From Candidatus Cloacimonadales bacterium (lineage in GTDB: Bacteria; Cloacimonadota; Cloacimonadia; Cloacimonadales; JAIOQZ01), in NCBI GenBank assembly GCA_963674825.1, contig OY771587.1, positions 640,001 through 704,000 on the forward strand: a stretch of 64,000 bases of DNA. The letters run 5' to 3'. Below the pieces are notes generated by a model that saw only the letters and a program-made list of their open reading frames with translations, did no database searches and was not told where the DNA came from. Below, piece by piece: positions 11,635 to 22,419 of the stretch. The number at the start of each line of letters is the position of its first letter. Position 1 is the first letter of the stretch. The position numbers and the translations under genes are program-made.

Positions 11635-14349
11635 ATGAAACTTCAGTACAAAACGTTCCTCTTCGTTGGAGGAGCCCTTCTGGCACTGATACTCGTCCTC
11701 TTTTTCGTTGGATTGAATCAGATCAATACGATCACGTACGACCTCAATTACGAGGTCATGACGTCAGAGCTAAACGATTTGATCGAAACGATCGAATCGA
11801 GTTATAAGGTTCTGGAGGATACCGGGTTAACGGAAATTGCGGGATATGTACAGTCAGCACAGAACGAAGTGCTTTCGGAACTCAAAGAATACAAGTTCCG
11901 TGAAACGGGGTATGTCTATATAACGGACATGAGTAAAAATATCGTATATCATCCGGTTCTGAAACCAGGTGAAAGCCTCGACTATGACTTCACTGACGAA
12001 ATGATACGACAGAAAGAAGGCTTCCTTAAATATCACTACCAGGGAGCTACCAAGTACGCACGTTTCAATACATTCGAACCCTGGGGCTGGCTGGTCGTCA
12101 TTGGAATCTCTCAAGATGAGCTTTTCGCCCAGAAATACCACTACGTGAAACTCGTATTGCTTATATCGTTCGGTATTCTGGTGCTCAGCCTCATCGCCTT
12201 CTTCTTTATCATCAAACTCATCGTTCTCAAACCGATCAACCAGGTCGTTGAAATGACGACTAATATCAGTAACGATATTTCGATGGGTAATCTCAACACA
12301 CGCGGCTCGCCGCACGACGTGTCAGTTGACTTCAGAGAGATCATCAATCAAATCAACAATTTGATTGAGTCTTTCGTCAAACCAATCAAAGTAATGGTCG
12401 AGTATATCGAAGGAATTTCGACAGGTATCATCCCAGAAAAACTGAACGAGGAATACCACGGCGATTTCAACAAGGTCAAACAGAACCTTAACAATGCTAT
12501 TGACGTCATGAATGGACTAATTGGCAGCACCGCTGAAATTAATGACGCGTGCACCAAAGGTCGCTTCACACATCGTCAGGATTCCTCAAAATATGGCAAC
12601 AGTTGGAAGGATGTTATCCAGGGGCTTAATTCCATCATGAACACGGTCGAGAATATCATGGATTCCATTCCATTCCCGATTGCTATCATGGATATGGATA
12701 AAAAGACCAGTTTCATCAATGATGAGATGGAGAACTTGAGCAGCTTAAAGCGTAAGGATGTCATAGGCGTATCCAATGCCAAGATCGATTCACCGCTGGC
12801 TCAAGCTGCCATTAAATTCTTCGAGTCCGTCCCACGGGGCGAGACACGTCAATACTTCGAATTCAAACAATATCGAGTACAGGCCGATGCCGATTTCATC
12901 AAAGATGAGAAAGGCAATAATCTTGCGCTTATCGAAGTTCTCCAGGATATCACTGAAGCTGAAAATATCAAAAAAGCAATTGAGGAAAAGGCTGCCTTCA
13001 CGCAAGTTGAGATTGATCGACTCGCCAACAACCTCCAAAATATTGCAGCCGGTGACCTGGATATCGACATCAATATCGCAAAAGCCGATGAAAATACACA
13101 AGACGTACGCGACAACTTCATGAAGATTGCCAACAACCTGGAACGTATGGTCGCCACGATCAACGAACTGGTCGATGGCGTTGGCGATTATGCCGAAGCT
13201 ATCAAGGACGGTGAAGTTGAGCGTGTTAACTTCGATCTGATGAAATACTCCGGCTCGTACCGTGAGATATTCAACGGTTTGAATCAGGCTGCTACGGCAA
13301 CCAACGAACCGCTTCAGGAACTGCTCGATGTCATGCAGAAAATGGCTGGCGGTGACCTGACCGTTTCGATCAATGGAGACTACGCTGGTGGATTCATGGC
13401 GCTTAAAAACGCTGTGAACAAATCGATCGAATCCATCCACGAGATCCTCGAACAGGTCAATACGGCGATCGACCAGGTAGCATCCGGATCGAAGCAAGTT
13501 TCCGACGCAAGTACGTCCCTGTCTCAGGGCGCAACCGAGCAGGCTTCCTCTTTGGAAGAAATATCTGCATCGCTGCATGAGGTAGGCTCGCAGACGCGTC
13601 TGAACGCCGATAACGCCAACCAAGCAAACAATCTCTCCATCGATTCGCAGAAAGCTGCCAAGGCCGGTAACGAACACATGCAGAACCTGATGGAAGCAAT
13701 GAACGCCATCAATGAATCAAGCAACAACATCAAAAAGATCATCAAGACCATCGACGAAATCGCGTTCCAGACCAACATCCTCTCGCTGAACGCTGCCGTG
13801 GAAGCGGCTCGTGCCGGCAAGCACGGTAAGGGATTCGCGGTCGTGGCGGAAGAAGTGCGCAACCTGGCAGCTCGAAGCGCTGAAGCAGCGCAGGAAACTT
13901 CCGAGATGATCGAAGATTCAATCAAGAAGATTGACAACGGTACTCAGATCGCTAATCGTACCGCCGATTCGCTCAACGAGATCGTATCTGGAGCAACCAA
14001 GACCACCGATATCGTGGGTGAGATCGCCGCAGCCTCGAATGAACAGGCCAAGGCGGTCGAGCAGGTCAATATCGGTCTGCGTCAGATCGAGCAGGTTACC
14101 CAACAGAATACCTCAACCGCGGAAGAAAGCGCTTCTGCATCCGAGGAGCTCAGCGGTCAATCCGAACAGTTGCGTCAGATGATCAGCCAGTTCAAGCTCA
14201 GAAATGTCCAGGGATCATTTGGTGGCGGAAAGGTATCCGACCGCCGACAGAATCAGAAAATGCTGCCTGGTAGCAGCAGAAAGATCAAAGAATATTCGCC
14301 GAACGACATCATCTCACTCGATGATGGAGACTTCGGCAAGTACGTCTGA
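11635..14349 (+). CDS. mcp: Methyl-accepting chemotaxis protein (Cache sensor, HAMPs, PAS-like insert, MA domain)
   Basis: Two TM segments; Cache motif (GYVYITD...YHP, FEPWGW); signalling hairpin [35 protein letters not shown]-terminal DDGDFGKYV. Confidence 0.96.
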   Translation: MKLQYKTFLFVGGALLALILVLFFVGLNQINTITYDLNYEVMTSELNDLIETIESSYKVLEDTGLTEIAGYVQSAQNEVLSELKEYKFRETGYVYITDMSKNIVYHPVLKPGESLDYDFTDEMIRQKEGFLKYHYQGATKYARFNTFEPWGWLVVIGISQDELFAQKYHYVKLVLLISFGILVLSLIAFFFIIKLIVLKPINQVVEMTTNISNDISMGNLNTRGSPHDVSVDFREIINQINNLIESFVKPIKVMVEYIEGISTGIIPEKLNEEYHGDFNKVKQNLNNAIDVMNGLIGSTAEINDACTKGRFTHRQDSSKYGNSWKDVIQGLNSIMNTVENIMDSIPFPIAIMDMDKKTSFINDEMENLSSLKRKDVIGVSNAKIDSPLAQAAIKFFESVPRGETRQYFEFKQYRVQADADFIKDEKGNNLALIEVLQDITEAENIKKAIEEKAAFTQVEIDRLANNLQNIAAGDLDIDINIAKADENTQDVRDNFMKIANNLERMVATINELVDGVGDYAEAIKDGEVERVNFDLMKYSGSYREIFNGLNQAATATNEPLQELLDVMQKMAGGDLTVSINGDYAGGFMALKNAVNKSIESIHEILEQVNTAIDQVASGSKQVSDASTSLSQGATEQASSLEEISASLHEVGSQTRLNADNANQANNLSIDSQKAAKAGNEHMQNLMEAMNAINESSNNIKKIIKTIDEIAFQTNILSLNAAVEAARAGKHGKGFAVVAEEVRNLAARSAEAAQETSEMIEDSIKKIDNGTQIANRTADSLNEIVSGATKTTDIVGEIAAASNEQAKAVEQVNIGLRQIEQVTQQNTSTAEESASASEELSGQSEQLRQMISQFKLRNVQGSFGGGKVSDRRQNQKMLPGSSRKIKEYSPNDIISLDDGDFGKYV

Positions 14350-14356
14350 TAAACTC

Positions 14357-14390
14357 TTGGGAAGCGGGTATTCACATACTCGCTTCCCAA
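14357..14390 (+). other. 15-bp intergenic stem-loop between mcp and cheR
   Basis: TTGGGAAGCGGGTAT-TCAC-ATACTCGCTTCCCAA (one G-U pair); no U-tract on the + strand. Confidence 0.7.
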
Positions 14391-14415
14391 TAAAACATAA
14401 TGGATTGAAAGCACT

Positions 14416-15249
14416 ATGGGATTCCTGGTAGAAATCACCGATCGAGAATTCGAGAAGATGCAAAGGCTGATATACGATCAGTTTGGCATCAAGCTGACAG
14501 AGCAGAAAAAGACGCTTCTGGTTTCCAGAATGCAAAAGCTGTTTCGCACACGAGGAATCAATTCCTTCTCCGAATACTACGATTACATTGTTAATGATAA
14601 ATCGAAAGCGGCTCTGACAGAACTGGTTAACTATATATCGACCAATCACACGTTCTTCTATCGTGAACACGACCATTTCGACTTCTTTTCCCAATACGCA
14701 CTGCCGGAATTCATTCACAAATTGCAGGCAAGGCGATCAAAAGACTTGCGTATCTGGAGCGCAGGGTGCTCCAGCGGCGAAGAGCCGTATCTACTGGTGA
14801 TGCTCATGATGGAAGCGCTTGGCAGCGAATACCATAACTGGGATGCAGGCATCCTCGCGACGGACATCTCCATGAAAGTCCTTGAAATCGCAAAACGAGG
14901 CATATACGAAAAGGAACGACTCGACCTTCTACCCGATAAATACAAGAAAAAGTACTTTATCAAGCTCGATGAGAATCGCTATGAAGTAAAACCTGAAGTC
15001 AGAAAGGAAGTAACATTCGGTAAGTTCAATCTCATGAACGATACCTATCCCTTTAAAAAACCGTTCCAGATGATCTTCTGCCGCAACGTGATGATCTACT
15101 TCGACGAAGTGACCCGTGAAAAGGTTGTCAATCGCTTCTGCAACGTGCTGGAAGTAGATGGCTATTTCTTCATCGGTCATTCGGAAACGATCAGACGTTT
15201 CAATCAGTTTGACTATATCAAACCAGCGCTATACCGAAGGAAGTATTAA
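14416..15249 (+). CDS. cheR: Chemotaxis protein methyltransferase CheR
   Basis: TNHTFFYRE, IWSAGCSSGEEPY, ATDIS, IFCRNVMIYF, GHSE. Confidence 0.97.
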   Translation: MGFLVEITDREFEKMQRLIYDQFGIKLTEQKKTLLVSRMQKLFRTRGINSFSEYYDYIVNDKSKAALTELVNYISTNHTFFYREHDHFDFFSQYALPEFIHKLQARRSKDLRIWSAGCSSGEEPYLLVMLMMEALGSEYHNWDAGILATDISMKVLEIAKRGIYEKERLDLLPDKYKKKYFIKLDENRYEVKPEVRKEVTFGKFNLMNDTYPFKKPFQMIFCRNVMIYFDEVTREKVVNRFCNVLEVDGYFFIGHSETIRRFNQFDYIKPALYRRKY

Positions 15250-15252
15250 TTC

Positions 15253-16311
15253 ATGGGAGCACCACCCTATAAACTGCTGATCATCGATGACTCGGCGCTT
15301 GTACGCAACATCCTTGCCAAGGGACTTGCCCAAGATCCCGACATTAATGTTGTCGGAACAGCAAACGATCCCTACGATGCGAGGGATAAGATCATCCAGT
15401 ATAAGCCTGATGTGCTTACCCTGGATGTTGAAATGCCGAGAATGGATGGCGTTGAATTCTTACGCAGACTCCTGCCTCAGTATCCGATACCCGTCGTGAT
15501 GGTCAGTGCACTCACCGAACGCGGCAAGGCAATTACTCTCGACGCACTCGACGCAGGTGCGATTGACTTCGTCACAAAGCCATCTTATGGCGTAGCCAGC
15601 GGATTGAACAACATGCTCAACGAGTTGGCTGAGAAAGTCAAAATGGCGGCTAAGATCGACGTTTCGCACTTGAAGAAACATATTCACACGAAAAAGCCAA
15701 CGCCAATCACACCGACAGCATTGGCCGTTTCAACCGATAAAGTCATCGCTATCGGCGCATCGACAGGTGGCACCGAAGCGATTCGCTCAATTATCACGCG
15801 CTTTCCGCGAAACATCAGTGGTGTGATTATCGTACAGCATATGCCTGCCGGATTCACCAGCATGTTCTCCAAGCGACTGAATGAAATCTCACAGGTCGAG
15901 GTCAAAGAAGCGCAGAGTGGCGACCGCGTGATGAACGGACGTGTCCTCATAGCTCCTGGCGACCATCACATGGAGTTGGTACGATCAGGTGGTCTCTATA
16001 AGGTCGTCTGCCGTGAGCAGGGTGATAAAGTTTGTGGCCATAAACCGTCCGTAGAAGTTCTGTTCCGTTCGGTGGCGAAACACGCCGGTGCAAACGCACT
16101 CGGAGTGATGCTGACAGGAATGGGACACGATGGCGCCGACGGCATGGTTGTGATGCGTGAAGCAGGCGCGAGAACCATGGCGCAAGATGAAGAATCATGC
16201 GTTGTGTTCGGTATGCCCAAAGAAGCATACGTTCGCGGTGGCGCTGAGCGATTAGTTCCGCTTGACGATATGCCGCGGGAAATTATCAGGGTTCTTTCCT
16301 CAATGAAGTAA
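15253..16311 (+). CDS. cheB: Chemotaxis methylesterase CheB (REC + esterase)
   Basis: GASTGG, QHMP, LTGMGHDGA, VVFGMP. Confidence 0.97.
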   Translation: MGAPPYKLLIIDDSALVRNILAKGLAQDPDINVVGTANDPYDARDKIIQYKPDVLTLDVEMPRMDGVEFLRRLLPQYPIPVVMVSALTERGKAITLDALDAGAIDFVTKPSYGVASGLNNMLNELAEKVKMAAKIDVSHLKKHIHTKKPTPITPTALAVSTDKVIAIGASTGGTEAIRSIITRFPRNISGVIIVQHMPAGFTSMFSKRLNEISQVEVKEAQSGDRVMNGRVLIAPGDHHMELVRSGGLYKVVCREQGDKVCGHKPSVEVLFRSVAKHAGANALGVMLTGMGHDGADGMVVMREAGARTMAQDEESCVVFGMPKEAYVRGGAERLVPLDDMPREIIRVLSSMK

Positions 16312-16327
16312 ACGAAAGGACAGTCCG

Positions 16328-17569
16328 ATGATGGGGTTATCTGGTGACAATGTAGAGGGTTCGCACATCCTGATTGTGGATGATGAAGCGCATAACACTC
16401 TGCTTCTGAAGACGATCCTGAAGAAGGAGAACTACCGGTGCTCGATCGCTTCGAACGCGGAAGAGACCTTTATGTCGATCAGCCAGGATGCGCCGGATAT
16501 GATCCTTCTGGATATCATGATGCCGGATGTTGACGGATTCGAAGTCTGTCAACGTCTCAAGAAAGACCCCGACACCAGCCATATCCCGGTGATCTTCGTC
16601 TCGGTCAGTAATGAAGCCGAGCAGGTAATCAAAGGATTCGAGATCGGCGCGGTGGATTACATCACCAAGCCCTTCCACCCCAAGGAAGTTCTTGCACGCG
16701 TCAAGACCCATCTACAGCTCAAACATTCTCGCGATATTATCGATCAGTACAATCGCCAGCTTGAAGTCATGCTCGCTCGCCGAACAGAAGACCTGATCAG
16801 AACAGAACGCCAGGCCGCGTTCGGTCAGATGATCCAGGGTATCGTTCACAATTTGCGTTCACCGCTTTCGGTAATGTCCATGGGCGTTGAGTTCCTGGAG
16901 ATGATCACCGAGAAGATCTACAAGATTCTCAAGGAAACACCCTACAACATCCAGCCGGTATTCAAGCAACTCGATGAGGGTCACGAAACGCTGGACGGTA
17001 TCGGGCAATCACTCAGCAAAATGAACCAGATCGTAAGTCAGCTGATGTCTAAAAGCCGTAGCGATCAGGCGGAAAAGATCGAACTGATCGACCTGAACAC
17101 CATCCTCAAACGCGAAATGGAGTTCTTCAAAGCGGACAAGTTCTTCAATTCAGCAATTCAGTCGATCGATTTCAGCAATCAGTCGCTCTGGATCAAAGCA
17201 ATCCCCGCCGAGATTTCGCAGGTTATCGGCAATCTAATCAGGAATGCGCTCGATGCACTTCATGGACTCAACGGTCCCATGCTATGGATTGAATCCGGAT
17301 GGTCGATGGAAAAAGTGTGGGTCAGCGTTAAGGATAACGGTCCCGGAATTCCAGAGAAGAACATGGAGCATATCTTCGACCCCTTCTTCACAACAAAGCC
17401 TCCTGCAAGCGAGCAGAAAGATAATGAGCCAGTAGGTACAGGCCTTGGATTGTATTACTGCAAGAAAACCGTTGAGGTGTATGGTGGAAATGTCGTCGTA
17501 GAAACGTCAGCCGACACGGGTACTAAATTCACCATCGAACTGCCATATTACAAAACGGAACTCAATTAG
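16328..17569 (+). CDS. Hybrid response regulator/histidine kinase (REC-HisKA-HATPase)
   Basis: LLDIMMPDVDG; H-box VHNLRSPL; DNGPG; GTGLGL. Confidence 0.92.
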   Translation: MMGLSGDNVEGSHILIVDDEAHNTLLLKTILKKENYRCSIASNAEETFMSISQDAPDMILLDIMMPDVDGFEVCQRLKKDPDTSHIPVIFVSVSNEAEQVIKGFEIGAVDYITKPFHPKEVLARVKTHLQLKHSRDIIDQYNRQLEVMLARRTEDLIRTERQAAFGQMIQGIVHNLRSPLSVMSMGVEFLEMITEKIYKILKETPYNIQPVFKQLDEGHETLDGIGQSLSKMNQIVSQLMSKSRSDQAEKIELIDLNTILKREMEFFKADKFFNSAIQSIDFSNQSLWIKAIPAEISQVIGNLIRNALDALHGLNGPMLWIESGWSMEKVWVSVKDNGPGIPEKNMEHIFDPFFTTKPPASEQKDNEPVGTGLGLYYCKKTVEVYGGNVVVETSADTGTKFTIELPYYKTELN

Positions 17570-17600
17570 ATATAATCGTAAGAAACACGATAGAATTCAA

Positions 17601-18782
17601 TTAGGCCTTATCGCGCATCTCCATGATGCGATGCAAGCGTTCGTTTTCCTCTCTCAATGTTTTCAATTCACTCTCATAGTACGTCTTCGTTCGTTCGAGC
17701 TCGCTTTTTTCCATCTCGTTCATAACATCAACAAACAGAAGGTGATAAGCTTGAAACGCTGACAATGCTTTTCGGTGATTGTCCATTTCACGATGTACCT
17801 TGGCCAGAAGCTTCATCCCTCTGCATTCAGCGGCTTTGTGCTTGAGTTCGTGAGCTTTCGTGACGGCTATGATAACGGTAGCCAGAGCTTGCTCGATCTC
17901 GCCCATATCCATTTCGTTTTCCGCTTTATTGAGGGCAGTACCCGCCATCAGCATCGGCATGTTCAGTTTCGAGATAATACCAAGCGCTTTATCATAATAA
18001 TGCGCTGCTTCACTGTACTTTTTCTCGGAGTTGTTCCAGAGCCCAAGATTGTTCATCATATTCACATACAGACGCGGATTTGTCGAGTTGTCCTGAATAA
18101 TCTCCGATGCCCGGATGAAGAAGGCATAGCCAAGTTGCTTGTTCTCAAGGTTCTGTATTTTCCGGATCAGCTCCTCAAGTGATTGATCAAGCTCTGTACC
18201 AGAATCGAGAACTTCTTTGAGTTCATCGATCGCTGGAATATCTTCCATCTCAAGCTTCAATTTACCACAATGCCAGAATACTCCGCCAATGTTACAGAGC
18301 GATACTGCGATTTGCTCCAGGTTATTATTTCTCACAACATATGCGAGGGATTTGACGTAGTAGTTCAAACACTGCGCGAAATCGTCCATTCTGAAATGAA
18401 CCATCCCGAGTGTATTGTAAATGGAAGGTACAAGTCGTGGATCGTCGTTACTCTTCATTAGCTCAAGAGCATTATCTGCATGGAGTTTGGCTTGTCCTAT
18501 ATCACTCGCATAGAAATACGCGACAGCCAGGATATTGTTTGCTTCGGCCATCAGTTTCGAGGATCCGATTACCTCAGCCTTCCTCAAGGCACGAAGCGCA
18601 TAACTCCTGCTGTTTTCGAACGATTGCTCCCAATTCGCGCGAGCAAGCTCAAAAAGCTGATAAATCTCTTTCTCTTCCATGCTATTCTTCATGTTACCAT
18701 CCAAACTCGTGAAAGATGATCGTACTTTATTATGGAAAGCTGTCAAACTAATTCCACTCGACGCATTATCAATTCGATGCAA
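17601..18782 (-). CDS. Tetratricopeptide-repeat protein (true start may be ~30 codons downstream)
   Basis: TPR-like motifs (YNTLGMVH, LCNIGGVF, NNLGLWN..Y.KAL); C-terminal coiled coil. Confidence 0.75.
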   Translation of the reverse strand: MHRIDNASSGISLTAFHNKVRSSFTSLDGNMKNSMEEKEIYQLFELARANWEQSFENSRSYALRALRKAEVIGSSKLMAEANNILAVAYFYASDIGQAKLHADNALELMKSNDDPRLVPSIYNTLGMVHFRMDDFAQCLNYYVKSLAYVVRNNNLEQIAVSLCNIGGVFWHCGKLKLEMEDIPAIDELKEVLDSGTELDQSLEELIRKIQNLENKQLGYAFFIRASEIIQDNSTNPRLYVNMMNNLGLWNNSEKKYSEAAHYYDKALGIISKLNMPMLMAGTALNKAENEMDMGEIEQALATVIIAVTKAHELKHKAAECRGMKLLAKVHREMDNHRKALSAFQAYHLLFVDVMNEMEKSELERTKTYYESELKTLREENERLHRIMEMRDKA

Positions 18783-18895
18783 TATTGCTCCGAATGCTAA
18801 TTATTGCAGCTTTTTAAGAATAACCAACTTTTTCCCATATCACAATTGCCAGAAATGTATCAGCGAGGGTGCTTGATAAAATCATCCCTTTTTGC

Positions 18896-18924
18896 TTGAC
18901 GAAATAAAAATGCGCAACTAAATT
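18896..18924 (+). promoter_or_regulatory. Putative sigma70 promoter
   Basis: TTGACG-N17-TAAATT, 58 nt upstream of the ferritin-like gene. Confidence 0.5.
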
Positions 18925-18982
18925 GATTCTATACGATTATGATAATCAGAGAATCTGAAATCAACGACATCTTGGAGGATAA

Positions 18983-19474
18983 ATGCAAAAATTCTCACTC
19001 AACGAAGTCATCGAAATGGCAGTACAAATCGAACAGAGCGGCTACAGCTATTATGACAAAGCATTGGAACGCAAGGATCTGGATAACGAATCCAGAAACC
19101 TGTTAACCTTCCTGCGGGACGAAGAGATCAGGCACGAGAAAACCTTCATGGCGCTGCGCGATCACCTTGACGAAGTACAGATCATCGAGTCACAGGATTG
19201 GGATGTTGTTAGCTCCTACATGCAGGCAATCATCGATTCACGTATTTTTTCTTCACCGTCCTCAGCCATCCAGAGCGCACTTGAGGCCGAGAATGTCACA
19301 GAAGTTCTCATGAACGCCCTTTCATTCGAAAAAGATACCCTGCTGTATTTCCATGCACTTAACGATCAGGTCAGCGAAGGCAAGGCGAAAAACGCAATCC
19401 GCGCGATCATCGACGAAGAAATCAGCCATGTTCGCAAACTGAACGAATACAGGGAACAGCTTCTGAATTCCTGA
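18983..19474 (+). CDS. Ferritin-like/rubrerythrin-family protein
   Basis: Diiron-type E...E.xxH motifs (EQSG, EEIRH, FEKDTLLYF, EEISH). Confidence 0.85.
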   Translation: MQKFSLNEVIEMAVQIEQSGYSYYDKALERKDLDNESRNLLTFLRDEEIRHEKTFMALRDHLDEVQIIESQDWDVVSSYMQAIIDSRIFSSPSSAIQSALEAENVTEVLMNALSFEKDTLLYFHALNDQVSEGKAKNAIRAIIDEEISHVRKLNEYREQLLNS

Positions 19475-19561
19475 TCCCTCATCACACTATCATTCACGCA
19501 AGGCGATCGAACAGGAATCGATTTTCATCCATTCAACTCTTCTCGCCACAGGAGTAGCGCT

Positions 19562-20383
19562 ATGTTTTTCAATGATATATTGAACAAACAATTGAAATCG
19601 GAGAAGAATCCGATCAACCGAATGTATCTCAACACAATTATGATCAAATGGAAGAAGGTCGATAAGGCAGCAGAAGAACTTGCAGACCGCAAAGCCACCA
19701 TGGGCGATTTCGTAGAAGCGCTCAACGAGTTTTCAATCGAACTCCTGAATCCCAAATATCGCTTCGATCGCAATACCAAGAGCGGATTCAAGAGCAATCA
19801 CGAAATCTTCTCGGTCGCCTACTTGGACGACCTTCTTACCTTGCTGATAAGCCGGCACCCAATTCTTGAGGGTGGAGGCATTCGCTGGGGATATCAGCGG
19901 TTCTGCATGAATCTTCGCTTTTATCAGAAGAACCTCTTCACCGATAAAAACCCGGACATGCAATTCCGCGAATCACCACGCTTTATGCTACTCGGTCAGC
20001 AATTGGACCTTCAGTTCCGGCCAAAAGGCGTTCGCAATTTCAATAAGTATCAGATAACCATGCCAATTCTGCTTTTCCACTCCTTCCGTAACTTCATGGA
20101 AGACCACTTTATCCGTGCCGACTACTACTCGCGGCTGGCCAAGCTCAGCTACGATCGCTGCAAAAGTATCGTTATCGCCGAAACCATCGACGAGGGCTTC
20201 TACCCCGAGCTGGAAGAATCGAATATCGACAACATCTTCCTGCTTCGCGGGCAATCCAAGAACGGCCAGACCAAAGCGTTCTCGCTCGACATCGTAAGGA
20301 CACTGGACGAGAAAATCGAAGAGTACATCAACGAAGGCCAGCAAGATAAGAAACAGATTATCAAAAGCGGAATTATCGAATAA
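19562..20383 (+). CDS. Hypothetical protein resembling Bpu10I-family restriction endonuclease subunits, catalytic motif degenerate
   Basis: Recalled family pattern (P..AIECKT.L...Y.VV.E...ID.I.VLRKQ...GY) aligns with MPILLFHSFRNF...SIVIAE...IDNIFLLRGQ...SGII; no E-x-K present. Confidence 0.5.
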   Translation: MFFNDILNKQLKSEKNPINRMYLNTIMIKWKKVDKAAEELADRKATMGDFVEALNEFSIELLNPKYRFDRNTKSGFKSNHEIFSVAYLDDLLTLLISRHPILEGGGIRWGYQRFCMNLRFYQKNLFTDKNPDMQFRESPRFMLLGQQLDLQFRPKGVRNFNKYQITMPILLFHSFRNFMEDHFIRADYYSRLAKLSYDRCKSIVIAETIDEGFYPELEESNIDNIFLLRGQSKNGQTKAFSLDIVRTLDEKIEEYINEGQQDKKQIIKSGIIE

Positions 20384-20394
20384 AGGAGGAAAGG

Positions 20395-22410
20395 ATGCCC
20401 GAACTCAAAGCCCCTTTGCAAATCACCCTATCCGAAGAACTCCCGGAAAAGAAACCATTTGAGCCAGGAATCAGAAGAGCACCGTCACGCGGATTCAATC
20501 TCAACAAACGCGAAACAGCCCTCGCACTGAAGAACGCGCTCAGATATATACCCGAATCGCTGCACGAGACCCTCGCACCCGAATTCTTGGAAGAGCTCAA
20601 GACCATGGGACGCATCTACGGCTACCGATATCGTCCCGCAGGCAAGCTCAGAGGTAAGTCCATTGACGAATACAAGGGCTCCGTGGAAGGTCGCGCACTT
20701 CAGGTCATGATCGATAACAATCTCGATTTTGACGTCGCGCTCTACCCCTACGAGCTGGTCACCTACGGCGAGACCGGACAAGTTTGCCAGAACTGGATGC
20801 AATACCAGCTCATCAAGCGCTACCTCGAAATCATCACCGAAGATCAGACACTGGTCGTCTCCTCGGGACACCCAGTGGGACTCTTCCCCTCAAAGCCCGA
20901 CGCGCCACGCGTCGTATCCACAAACGGCCTGATGGTCGGACAATGGGACGACCCGGATAACTTCCGTAAGCTCACCGCGCTTGGCTGCACCAACTACGGC
21001 CAGATGACCGCTGGCGGATGGATGTACATCGGCCCGCAGGGAATCGTCCACGGCACCTATATCACCGTGCTGAACGCGGCTCGTAAGTACCTCGGCCTTT
21101 CCAGCGACAAAAACCTTTCCGGCATCTGCTACGCCACATCGGGGCTCGGTGGAATGTCCGGTGCACAGGCCAAGGCGATCGAAATCGCCGGCGGTATCGG
21201 TATCATCGCGGAAGTCGAATACAGCCGCATCGAGACCCGTCACACGCAAGGTTGGGTCGGCAAAGTTTCCGATAACTTGCAACAAGTTTTCCAGTGGGTG
21301 GATGAATACAAAAAGAGCGGCGAGAGCGTCTCCATCGCCTACCACGGCAATGTGGTCGAGCTACTCGAATACATCGACGAACACGATATCGATATCCCGC
21401 TCATCTCCGACCAGACCTCCTGCCACGCCGTCTACGAAGGCGGTTACACTCCGGCAGGCGTCACCTATGAAGAAGGTCGCAAAATCATGACCGAAGATCC
21501 CGACAAGTTCAAGGAATTGGTTGATGAATCGCTCAAGCGCCACTACCAGGTGATCAAACGCCTGACGAAGAAGGGCTCGTATTTCTGGGATTACGGCAAC
21601 AGCTTCATGGCTTCCATTTTCGAAGCTGGTGAGAAGACCATCTCCAAGAACGGCGTCGATACCAGCGAAGGCTTCATCTGGCCCTCATACGTGGAAGACA
21701 TCATGGGCCCGATCTGCTTCGATAACGGCTACGGCCCCTTCCGTTGGGTCTGCCTCAGCGGTAAGGAAGAAGATCTCAAGCTCACCGATCAGCTCGCCAT
21801 GGAATGCATCGACCCGAATCGTAGTCCTCAAGACTTCGACAACTACCACTGGATCCGCACAGCCGAGCAGAACAAGCTCGTGGTCGGAACCAAAGCCCGT
21901 ATCCTCTACGCTGATGAAGAAGGACGCGTCCGCATCGCGCTCAAGTTCAACGAGATGATTCGCAAAGGCAAGCTCGGACCGGTCATGCTCGGACGCGATC
22001 ACCACGACGTTTCCGGCACCGATTCGCCCTTCCGCGAAACCGCCAACATCTACGACGGCAGCAATGTCACCGCCGATATGTCCGTTCAGTGCTTCGGTGG
22101 AAACATCGCGCGCGGTATGACACTGGTGGTCCTTTCCAACGGTGGCGGCGTCGGTATCGGCAGAGCCAGCAACGGCGGAAACGGAATCGTCCTGGACGGA
22201 AGCAAGAAAGCCGACAACATCATCAAGCTCGGACTCTCCTGGGATGTGATGGGCGGTGTCGCACGGCGCAACTGGGCACGTAACGACAACGCCATCAAGA
22301 CCGTCCGTGACTGGAACGAAAAACACCACGGCGAAGGGCACATCACCGTCCCGTACCTCGCCGACGATAATCTGATTGCAAGCCTCGTCGATAAGACGTT
22401 CGACGAATAG
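20395..22410 (+). CDS. hutU: Urocanate hydratase (long form)
   Basis: YPYELVTYGETG, GQMTAGGWMYIGPQGIVHGT, SDQTSCH, GRDHHDVSG. Confidence 0.97.
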   Translation: MPELKAPLQITLSEELPEKKPFEPGIRRAPSRGFNLNKRETALALKNALRYIPESLHETLAPEFLEELKTMGRIYGYRYRPAGKLRGKSIDEYKGSVEGRALQVMIDNNLDFDVALYPYELVTYGETGQVCQNWMQYQLIKRYLEIITEDQTLVVSSGHPVGLFPSKPDAPRVVSTNGLMVGQWDDPDNFRKLTALGCTNYGQMTAGGWMYIGPQGIVHGTYITVLNAARKYLGLSSDKNLSGICYATSGLGGMSGAQAKAIEIAGGIGIIAEVEYSRIETRHTQGWVGKVSDNLQQVFQWVDEYKKSGESVSIAYHGNVVELLEYIDEHDIDIPLISDQTSCHAVYEGGYTPAGVTYEEGRKIMTEDPDKFKELVDESLKRHYQVIKRLTKKGSYFWDYGNSFMASIFEAGEKTISKNGVDTSEGFIWPSYVEDIMGPICFDNGYGPFRWVCLSGKEEDLKLTDQLAMECIDPNRSPQDFDNYHWIRTAEQNKLVVGTKARILYADEEGRVRIALKFNEMIRKGKLGPVMLGRDHHDVSGTDSPFRETANIYDGSNVTADMSVQCFGGNIARGMTLVVLSNGGGVGIGRASNGGNGIVLDGSKKADNIIKLGLSWDVMGGVARRNWARNDNAIKTVRDWNEKHHGEGHITVPYLADDNLIASLVDKTFDE

Positions 22411-22419
22411 GAAGCGGTT

